From Desulfurivibrio sp. (GTDB taxonomy: Bacteria; Desulfobacterota; Desulfobulbia; Desulfobulbales; SURF-16): DNA of 64,000 nucleotides. Location: assembly GCA_003605035.1 (NCBI GenBank), contig QZKJ01000007.1, forward strand, positions 41,560-105,559, written 5' to 3'. Positions 40,240 to 47,785 of this stretch are shown here, piece after piece. The position numbers were made by a program, and so were the translations under genes. Under the pieces are notes generated by a model that searched no databases, had not been told where the DNA came from, and was given only the letters and a program-made list of their open reading frames with translations. Each line of letters opens with the position of its first letter. Position 1 is the stretch's first letter.

Positions 40240-40300
40240 TATAGGGCCGTAACGAAACAGCCGCCAAAGGAATGTTTATTTCTTAGCGGCCCCTATGTAG
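40240..40300. repeat. Dispersed hairpin repeat, copy C (between thyX and fhs; opposite orientation on the + strand)
   Basis: The sequence is TATAGGGCCGTAACGAAAC...TTCTTAGCGGCCCCTATGTAG. Its reverse complement aligns with copy A (GGGCCG-TA-GAAATAA ... TTTCGTTACGG). It forms a 9-bp stem with a bulge. Confidence 0.7.
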
Positions 40301-40435
40301 ATTTGCCGATTGTTTTCACAAAAATAATGTAGTAATGACAGTTGTCTCCAGCCAGTACCACGGGAGACGTGCGTCCAAAATTCGCCTTAATTGCCATATA
40401 TCATTAATAAAATTGTGATGAGAAGGAGGAAAGTG

Positions 40436-42199
40436 ATGGTTCTTGATCCCACCAAGCACGCAGATTGGGAAATTGCTGAAGATGCTGAAAAAAATATGAA
40501 GACGGTTTACGAACTTGCGGAACAGCTCGGGCTGGAAAAGGAAGAGCTGCTGCCCCATGGCCATTATGTGGCCAAGCTCGATTACCGCAAGATTCTTGAC
40601 CGGTTAAAGGACAGGCCGGACGGAAAATATATTGACGTAACCGCCATCACCCCAACCCCGCTGGGTGAGGGAAAGAGCACCTGCGCCATGGGACTGGTGC
40701 AGGGCCTCGGCAAAAGAAACAAAAGCGTAATCGGCGCCATCCGCCAGCCATCCGGCGGTCCCACCATGAACATCAAGGGCAGCGCCGCCGGCGGCGGTCT
40801 GGCCCAGTGCATCCCGCTGACCCCGTTTTCCCTGGGTCTCACCGGGGATATCAATGCCATCATGAACGCCCACAATCTCGGCATGGTGGCCCTCACCTCC
40901 CGCATGCAGCATGAGGCCAACTACACCGACGAGCAGCTGGCCAAGAGGAATCTCAAAAGGCTGGATATTCATCCCAAGAAGGTGGAATTCGGCTGGATCA
41001 TCGATTTCTGCGCCCAGGCCCTGCGCAACATCACCATTGGCCAGGGCGGCAAAATGGATGGCTATACCATGCAGTCCAAGTTCGCCATTGCCGTAAGCTC
41101 CGAGATTATGGCCATTCTGGCCATCGCCACTGACCTCAAAGACATGCGCGAGAGAATCGGCAAAATCGTCGTGGCCTATGACCGGCAGGACCGGCCGGTC
41201 ACCACCGCTGACCTGGAGGTGGACGGCGCCATGACCGCCTGGATGGTGGAGGCCCTGAATCCCAATATGCTGCAGACTATCGAAGGCCAGCCGGTCATCG
41301 TCCATGCCGGCCCCTTTGCCAACATCGCCATCGGCCAGTCCTCGGTCATCGCTGACCGGGTGGCCTTGAAAATCGCCGATTACAACGTGACTGAAAGCGG
41401 CTTCGGGGCGGATATCGGTTTTGAGAAATTCTGGAATCTCAAATGCCGCTACAGCAAGCTCAAACCCCACTGCGCGGTGGTGGTCGCCACCATCCGGGCC
41501 CTCAAATGCCATGGCGGTGCCCCGATCCCGGTGCCCGGCAAGCCCATGCCCGAAGAGTACAAGAAAGCAAATGTCGGCTGGGTCGAGGCGGGCTGCCAGA
41601 ATCTCATCCATCATATCCAGACCGTGAAAAAGGCCGGCATCAATCCGGTGGTCTGCCTCAATGCCTTCTACACCGATACCGAAGAGGAGATCAAGGCGGT
41701 GCGCCGGCTCGGCGAGGCCGCCGGCGCCAGGGTCGCCCTGTCGCGCCATTGGCAGTATGGCGGGGATGGGGCGGTTGAATTCGCCGATGCGGTCATCGAC
41801 GCCTGCGAGGAGAAAAATGACTTCAAGTTCCTCTATGACCTGGACACCCCGCTGGCCAAACGCATTGAGCTGATCGCCAAAGAGGTCTATGGCGCCGACG
41901 GCGTCAGCTACACCCCGGAGGCCCAGGAGAAGCTGAAACGGATGGAGTCCGATCCGGAGATGAAGGAAATGGGCACCTGCATGGTGAAAACCCATCTCTC
42001 CCTGTCCCATGAACCGAGACTGAAAGGGGTGCCCAGGGGCTGGACCCTGCCGATCCGCGATATCCTCACCTACAAGGGGGCCGGTTTTGTCGTTCCCGTG
42101 GCCGGCGCCATCAGCCTGATGCCTGGCACGGCCTCAGACCCCGCTTACCGGCGCATTGATGTGGATGTGGAAACCGGCAAGGTGAAAGGCGTATTCTAA
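40436..42199 (+). CDS. fhs: Formate-tetrahydrofolate ligase
   Basis: The protein begins [19 protein letters not shown]... and carries [12 protein letters not shown] place the start at ATG 40436, preceded by AAGGAGGA. The track start at 40391 adds 15 unlikely residues. Confidence 0.96.
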   Translation: MVLDPTKHADWEIAEDAEKNMKTVYELAEQLGLEKEELLPHGHYVAKLDYRKILDRLKDRPDGKYIDVTAITPTPLGEGKSTCAMGLVQGLGKRNKSVIGAIRQPSGGPTMNIKGSAAGGGLAQCIPLTPFSLGLTGDINAIMNAHNLGMVALTSRMQHEANYTDEQLAKRNLKRLDIHPKKVEFGWIIDFCAQALRNITIGQGGKMDGYTMQSKFAIAVSSEIMAILAIATDLKDMRERIGKIVVAYDRQDRPVTTADLEVDGAMTAWMVEALNPNMLQTIEGQPVIVHAGPFANIAIGQSSVIADRVALKIADYNVTESGFGADIGFEKFWNLKCRYSKLKPHCAVVVATIRALKCHGGAPIPVPGKPMPEEYKKANVGWVEAGCQNLIHHIQTVKKAGINPVVCLNAFYTDTEEEIKAVRRLGEAAGARVALSRHWQYGGDGAVEFADAVIDACEEKNDFKFLYDLDTPLAKRIELIAKEVYGADGVSYTPEAQEKLKRMESDPEMKEMGTCMVKTHLSLSHEPRLKGVPRGWTLPIRDILTYKGAGFVVPVAGAISLMPGTASDPAYRRIDVDVETGKVKGVF

Positions 42200-42225
42200 T
42201 AAAAAATTTTCCCCAGTAAATCCAG

Positions 42226-42271
42226 GGCGATACCGACGGGAGTTCACGCTCCCCCGGTATCGCCTTTTTTA
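42226..42271 (+). terminator. Rho-independent terminator after fhs
   Basis: The stem pairs GGCGATACCG with CGGTATCGCC, with an inner GGGAG/CTCCC pairing. TTTTTT follows at 42265-42270. Confidence 0.9.
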
Positions 42272-42280
42272 TTAGTTTCT

Positions 42281-42296
42281 ATAGGGCCGCTATGTG
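42281..42296. repeat. Short, possibly collapsed copy of the same hairpin repeat
   Basis: ATAGGGCCGCTATGTG combines the left-arm start and the right-arm end of copy C. It lies just after the fhs terminator. Confidence 0.4.
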
Positions 42297-42369
42297 AAAA
42301 AGTTGTTAAGCAAACCATAATACGCTAATATAAAAAATAGTCTCGACCAACCTCCACCACATTTGATAT

Positions 42370-44589
42370 ATGGCGCTTCCAGCACAGAAAATACCAGACA
42401 AGAAAGCTGGCCTCCGGACCACCGTCAAGGACCAGTCCGGCGCCGGCAAAACCAAGATCGGCGAGGTGCTCAGGAAGGAGGGGCATATCCTCAATACCCA
42501 GCTTGAGGAAGCCCTGGCCATCCAGAAGAAATCCGGCCAGCGGCTGGGCAGTATTCTGATCAAGCTCGGCTATATAGAGGACTCCACCATCCTCAATGTG
42601 TTAAGCCGGCTCCATAATTTCCCGCCTGTTGACATCAAGAAGGAACCGCCTAACCCGGAAATCTTCAAATCCGTCCCCTTTGAAGTCGTCAAAAAATATT
42701 GCGCCCTTCCTCTGCGGGTGACCGGCAAGACCCTGCAGGTCACCATGGCCGAACCCACGGACACCAACGCCGTGGAGGAACTCCAGTCTGAAGTGAAGAT
42801 GGTGCTGTCCGTCTGTGTCTCCACGGAAAAGGACATTTTTGAAGCCTATAAGAAATATTACAAGATCAGCGAGGAGGAATTCCGCCAGCTGACCGGCGCT
42901 GATGAGAAAATCGAGGAAGAAGAGGAAGATGTCACCAGTATCGATGACTTCGGCACCCTGGCCTCGGAGGCTGCCGAGGACATGGCCATCGAGGATAGCA
43001 GCGGCAGAGAGGCGGAAGAGTTTTCCGCCTCTGATGCGCCGATCATCAAGCTGGTGAACGGCATCCTCATCAAGGCGGTCAAGGACGGGGTCAGCGACAT
43101 CCATATCGAGCCGTACGAGAAGTCGCTGCAGGTCCGTTACCGTCTGGACGGCGCCCTCTACAAGTCGATGAATCTGCCGCTCAGTATCAAAAACGCCTTG
43201 AATTCCAGGGTGAAAATCCTGTCAAACCTTGATATCACCGAACGCCGTGTTCCCCAGGACGGCAGAATCAAGATGCGCATCGGCAGAAACAAGGTGGTTG
43301 ATTTCCGGGTCTCCACCCTGCCCACCCTTTTCGGGGAAAGTATTGTTCTGCGTATTCTCGATAAGGATTCACTCAACGTCGATCTGACCAAACTCGGCTT
43401 TGAGCCGCAGGTCTTCGCCACCCTGAAGCGCTGTCTGAACCGCCCCCAGGGGCTGCTGCTGGTTACCGGCCCCACCGGCAGCGGCAAGACGGTTACCCTC
43501 TATTCCGCCCTGAACTCGCTCAACAGTGAGGACACCAAGATTCTGACCGCCGAGGATCCGGTGGAGTTCAACTTCAAGGGGATCAACCAGGTCAATGTCC
43601 ATCAGGAGGTGGGCATGACCTTTGCCGCGGCCCTCAAGGCCTTTCTGCGGCAGGACCCGGATATCATCATGGTCGGTGAGATCCGTGACATGGAAACCGC
43701 CGAGATTGCCATCAAGGCGGCCATGACCGGCCATCTCGTCTTCTCCACCCTGCATACCAATGACTGCGCCGCCACCATCGGCCGTCTGGTTGATATCGGC
43801 ATTCCCCCCTATATGCTGGCCTCGGCCATCACCATGGTGCAGTCCCAGCGGCTGGGCCGCCGTCTGTGCCCGGCCTGCAAGGTGGAGATACCCCCGCCGG
43901 ACGCCAAGGAACTGCTTGGCATCGGCTTCCGGGAAGAACAGATCAAGGGACTGGCCAAGCTCTATGCCCCCAAGGGCTGCCCGGTCTGCCGCGGCGGCGG
44001 CTACAAGGGCAGGGTGGGTTTTTTTGAGCTGATGGAGGTTACCGATGAGGTGGCCAAGGCCATCGGCGCCGAGGTGCCTGAGGATCAGCTGCGCAAGGTG
44101 GCCATCCAGGAAGGCATGATTCCGCTGCGCAATGCCGCCATCCTCAAGGCGATCCAGGGCGTCACCAGTATCGACGAGGTGTTGAAGAAGACCGTCATTA
44201 CCGAAGAAAGTCTGCCGGCCTATCTGGTCAATCCGGATATTGAAAGATACGAGGACGGCGATGTCATTATCCGCCAGGGCAACTCCGACATTGATTTCTT
44301 CCAGTTGATTCAGGGGGCGCTGATGGTGGTCAAGGATGGCAAGAAAATTGCCGAAATCACCGAGCCCAACGAATATTTCGGTGAGATGTCGGCAATCTCC
44401 GGGGTGGTCCGTTCCGCCTCCATCCTCTCCAAGGGCAGATCCACCATCAAGCGTTTCCCCGGCGATAAAATCATGGAGATCATTGAAAAACATCCGCAGG
44501 TTGCCAAACATTTCTTCAAGACCCTGGTGACCCGTCTCGGTCAGGCCAATGACATCATCGTCAAGCTGGCCGAGAGTCGTGCTAGGTAG
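42370..44589 (+). CDS. PilB/GspE/MshE-family secretion ATPase with an N-terminal MshEN-type domain and a C-terminal cyclic-nucleotide-binding domain
   Basis: 739 aa. The ATPase core has Walker A (GPTGSGKT), Walker B (DPDIIMVGEIRD), a His box (TGHLVFSTLHTND) and a tetra-Cys motif (CPACK...CPVCRGGG). The N-terminus carries a tandem 24-aa MshEN motif (aa 29-81). The C-terminal ~130 aa form a cNMP-binding fold (YFGEMSAISGVVRSASI). Confidence 0.9.
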   Translation: MALPAQKIPDKKAGLRTTVKDQSGAGKTKIGEVLRKEGHILNTQLEEALAIQKKSGQRLGSILIKLGYIEDSTILNVLSRLHNFPPVDIKKEPPNPEIFKSVPFEVVKKYCALPLRVTGKTLQVTMAEPTDTNAVEELQSEVKMVLSVCVSTEKDIFEAYKKYYKISEEEFRQLTGADEKIEEEEEDVTSIDDFGTLASEAAEDMAIEDSSGREAEEFSASDAPIIKLVNGILIKAVKDGVSDIHIEPYEKSLQVRYRLDGALYKSMNLPLSIKNALNSRVKILSNLDITERRVPQDGRIKMRIGRNKVVDFRVSTLPTLFGESIVLRILDKDSLNVDLTKLGFEPQVFATLKRCLNRPQGLLLVTGPTGSGKTVTLYSALNSLNSEDTKILTAEDPVEFNFKGINQVNVHQEVGMTFAAALKAFLRQDPDIIMVGEIRDMETAEIAIKAAMTGHLVFSTLHTNDCAATIGRLVDIGIPPYMLASAITMVQSQRLGRRLCPACKVEIPPPDAKELLGIGFREEQIKGLAKLYAPKGCPVCRGGGYKGRVGFFELMEVTDEVAKAIGAEVPEDQLRKVAIQEGMIPLRNAAILKAIQGVTSIDEVLKKTVITEESLPAYLVNPDIERYEDGDVIIRQGNSDIDFFQLIQGALMVVKDGKKIAEITEPNEYFGEMSAISGVVRSASILSKGRSTIKRFPGDKIMEIIEKHPQVAKHFFKTLVTRLGQANDIIVKLAESRAR

Positions 44590-44671
44590 TATCCACTAGG
44601 TACTATTACCTAACTATTTGGAATCTAAAACTTTCTTTTGCGGTATTCTGGTTAAAATCACCATAATTCCC

Positions 44672-44700
44672 TTGCAAAAGTGGATTGAGTTCACTAAGAT
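44672..44700 (+). promoter_or_regulatory. Candidate sigma70-type promoter ahead of folD and the Wood-Ljungdahl genes
   Basis: The sequence reads TTGCAA-N17-TAAGAT and lies in a 215-nt AT-rich spacer, about 100 nt upstream of the folD ATG. The call rests on sequence pattern only. Confidence 0.3.
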
Positions 44701-44804
44701 ATTTAACTCAGTTTAGCTATCTTTCTGCTTTCCCCAAGCAAGTCACGGCAAACACAAGACTTTTTCCATATTCATTTTTTTCATTTGTTTCTTTCCATTA
44801 AGGA

Positions 44805-45698
44805 GTGATAATGACAGCAAAAATTATCAGCGGGACCGAGACCGCTAAAGCCATTCGCGAGGAACTCAAAACCGAAATCGCCGAGTTGAAGGAAAAGCAC
44901 AATGTCGTGCCCGGTCTGGTAACTATTCTTGTCGGTGAGGACCCTGCCTCCCAGTCCTACGTGAGCGCTAAAAATAAAACCGCCCACGCCCTGGGCATCC
45001 ATTCGGAGCAGGTGACTCTTGCCGCGGATAGTAGTGAACAGGAACTTCTTAATCTGATTGACAAATATAATAATGATGAGAAAATTCACGGCATTCTGGT
45101 GCAGCTCCCCCTGCCGAAACATATCAATGAAGCGAAAGTCCTCTATGCCATCAACCCGGACAAGGATGTGGACGGTTTTCATCCGGTCAACGTCGGCAAG
45201 ATGGTGCTGGGCGAACAGTGCTATCTTCCCTGCACACCCCACGGCATCCTTGAACTTTTGACCCGCAGCGGTGTCAATACTAGTGGTGCCGAGGTGGTGG
45301 TCATCGGCCGCAGCAATATTGTCGGCAAACCGATCAGCAACCTCATGCTGCAGAAACGGGACGCCGGCAACGCCACGGTTACCATCTGTCATACCCGCAC
45401 CAGGGACATGGCGGCCCATACCAGACGCGCCGACATCATCATCGCCGCGGTCGGCGTGCCGAAAATGGTCACCGCCGACATGGTCAAGGACGGGGTGGTG
45501 ATTATTGATGTCGGGGTTAACCGCATCGGCAAGACCGCGGACGGCAAGGCGATTCTTGCCGGTGATGTGGATTTTGACGCGGTCAAGGAAAAGGCTGCCG
45601 CCATTACTCCCGTCCCGGGCGGCGTTGGTCCCATGACCATAACCATGTTGATGAAAAATACCGTGCAGGCGGCCAGACTGGCTGCCGGCCTGATATAA
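44805..45698 (+). CDS. folD: Bifunctional methylene-THF dehydrogenase / methenyl-THF cyclohydrolase
   Basis: 297 aa (PGLVTILVGEDPASQSYV, GILVQLPLP, VVVIGRSNIVGKP, TPVPGGVGPMT). Confidence 0.96.
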   Translation: MIMTAKIISGTETAKAIREELKTEIAELKEKHNVVPGLVTILVGEDPASQSYVSAKNKTAHALGIHSEQVTLAADSSEQELLNLIDKYNNDEKIHGILVQLPLPKHINEAKVLYAINPDKDVDGFHPVNVGKMVLGEQCYLPCTPHGILELLTRSGVNTSGAEVVVIGRSNIVGKPISNLMLQKRDAGNATVTICHTRTRDMAAHTRRADIIIAAVGVPKMVTADMVKDGVVIIDVGVNRIGKTADGKAILAGDVDFDAVKEKAAAITPVPGGVGPMTITMLMKNTVQAARLAAGLI

Positions 45699-45717
45699 AC
45701 CTTGAGGGAGAAAAAAT

Positions 45718-47715
45718 ATGGCAATCTCAAGAAACGGATGTGAAGGCTGTACAGAGATAACCTGCACCTCCACGAAAAATGTTCTTGCCAAAGACATCGC
45801 AAAAAATGTCATTACCGCCTACGACCGGGTAAAGATGCGCGGCATGTCGGCCTGTCTTTTCGGTTCCACCGGCACCTGCTGCCGCAACTGCAATATGGGA
45901 CCCTGCCAGATCATCGATGGCGTTGATGAGATGATCGGCGTCTGCGGCGCCACGGCCGACACGGTGGTTGCCCGCAATTTCTGCCGCACCATTGCCTCCG
46001 GATCCGCCGCCCACACCGACCATGCCCGGGAAATGGTCAAAGGCTTCATTGCCACGGCCAAGGGCGAAACCCCTCATGAAATCAAGGATGTCAACAAGCT
46101 GATGATGCTGGCCAACATCTTCGGCGTGGCCACCGAGGGCAAGGACAAAAATGCCATTGCCCTGGAAATCGGTGAACTCGCCCTGGCGGATTTCGGCAAG
46201 CAGGACGACAAGCCGGTCACCATGCTGAAGCGTGCCCCGAAAAAACGCCAGGAACTGTGGAAACGGCTGGGCATCGAACCGCGCGGCATTGACCGGGAGG
46301 TGGTGGAGATCATGCACCGCACCCACATGGGCGTAGATCAGGAATACCAGAATCTCATGCTGCAGGGGGCCCGCTGCGCCCTGGGCGACGGCTGGGGTTC
46401 CTCCATGCTCTCCACCGAACTGACCGACATCATGTTCGGCACCCCGGTGCCCCGGCGGTCCATCGTCGATCTCGGCGTGCTCAAACCGGACCAGGTGAAT
46501 GTCACGGTGCACGGCCATGAGCCGCTGCTGGCCGAGGCCCTCTGTCTGGCCGCCCAGGACGAGGAACTGCTCGCCCTGGCCCGCAAGGTCGGCGCCAAGG
46601 GCATCAACCTGGCCGGGGTCTGCTGCACCGGCAATGAAATTCTCATGCGGCGCGGCATTCCGGTGGCGGCAGGCTTCATCCAGCAGGAAATGGCCCTGGC
46701 CACCGGCGCCATCGAGGCCATGGTGGTTGATGTGCAGTGCATCATGCAGTCGCTCGCCGAGGTGGCCAAATCCTTCCATACCGACGTGATCACCACCAAT
46801 TACCGGGCCAAGATGCCCGGCGCGGTGCACATCCAGTTTAATGAGGAGGACGCCCTGGGCAGCGCCAAGGAGATTCTCAAAAAAGCCGTCAACAACTTCA
46901 AGAAACGCGGCGAATTCTTTATTCCCCAGGACAACAAGCTCGATGTGGTGGTCGGTTTCAGCCATGAAACGATCAATTACATGCTGGGCGGCCGTTTCCG
47001 TTCAAGCTACCGGCCGCTCAACGACAACATCATCAACGGCAGAATCCGGGGCGTGGCCGCCATTGTCGGCTGTGACAACTACAAGTTTCCGGACAACAAT
47101 CATGAAATCATCGCCCGGGAACTGATCAAGAATGATGTGCTGGTGCTGGCCACCGGCTGCGCGGCCACCGGGCTCGGCCGGGTCGGGCTGGTCCGTCCCG
47201 AGGCCGCCCAGTTTGCCGGCCCCGGTCTGCGCGAGGTGTGCGAGACGGTTGGCATGCCTCCGGTGCTGCACTGCGGATCCTGCGTGGATAACAGCCGGCT
47301 GCTCATTGCCGCCACCGAGATGGTGCGCGAAGGCGGCCTGGGTGACGACATCTCCTCCCTGCCGCTAGCCGGCACCGCGCCGCTGTGGATGAGCGAGAAG
47401 GCGGTGGCCATTGGTCAGTACTTTGTGTCCAGCGGCGCCTATGTCATCTTCCAGAGTCTGCCGCTCACCGGCTCCAAGAATTTCCATAAATTCATGACCG
47501 AGGGAATGGATGAAATTTACGGCGGCTGCTGGGATATTGAAGAGGATCCGTTGAAGCTTGCCCGGAAGATGATTGCCAGGATCGATCTCAAGCGCAAGGA
47601 ACTCGGCATTGACAAGAAACGCGAAAGGGTTCTCTTTGATATGGAGATGCGCCGTGATCTGGGCGCCGGCAGCCCCCTGAAGGATGTCGGCTGCCACGGT
47701 CCGACGCCGGCCTGA
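45718..47715 (+). CDS. cooS: Anaerobic Ni-Fe carbon monoxide dehydrogenase catalytic subunit
   Basis: 665 aa. The N-terminal B/D-cluster Cys pattern is present (CLFGSTGTCCRNCNMGPC), and the C-cluster region has HGHEP, CCTGNE and GSCVDN. Confidence 0.95.
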   Translation: MAISRNGCEGCTEITCTSTKNVLAKDIAKNVITAYDRVKMRGMSACLFGSTGTCCRNCNMGPCQIIDGVDEMIGVCGATADTVVARNFCRTIASGSAAHTDHAREMVKGFIATAKGETPHEIKDVNKLMMLANIFGVATEGKDKNAIALEIGELALADFGKQDDKPVTMLKRAPKKRQELWKRLGIEPRGIDREVVEIMHRTHMGVDQEYQNLMLQGARCALGDGWGSSMLSTELTDIMFGTPVPRRSIVDLGVLKPDQVNVTVHGHEPLLAEALCLAAQDEELLALARKVGAKGINLAGVCCTGNEILMRRGIPVAAGFIQQEMALATGAIEAMVVDVQCIMQSLAEVAKSFHTDVITTNYRAKMPGAVHIQFNEEDALGSAKEILKKAVNNFKKRGEFFIPQDNKLDVVVGFSHETINYMLGGRFRSSYRPLNDNIINGRIRGVAAIVGCDNYKFPDNNHEIIARELIKNDVLVLATGCAATGLGRVGLVRPEAAQFAGPGLREVCETVGMPPVLHCGSCVDNSRLLIAATEMVREGGLGDDISSLPLAGTAPLWMSEKAVAIGQYFVSSGAYVIFQSLPLTGSKNFHKFMTEGMDEIYGGCWDIEEDPLKLARKMIARIDLKRKELGIDKKRERVLFDMEMRRDLGAGSPLKDVGCHGPTPA

Positions 47716-47785
47716 TGCGCACGGGAAACCCATATCCGTTCATTCCAGCAACTACTTTCAATTCTTCACATAAGGATATAACCGA

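Noticed and set aside
40169-40435. A ZTP (pfl) or THF riboswitch in the 267-nt leader of fhs.
   Set aside because: I could not find the conserved pfl elements as I recall them, a GGGUCGUGAC-type 5' element and the 3' CCGCCUGGGCA element. I could not find a THF-riboswitch core either. The structured parts are explained by the dispersed hairpin repeat (copy C). A cmscan would settle this.
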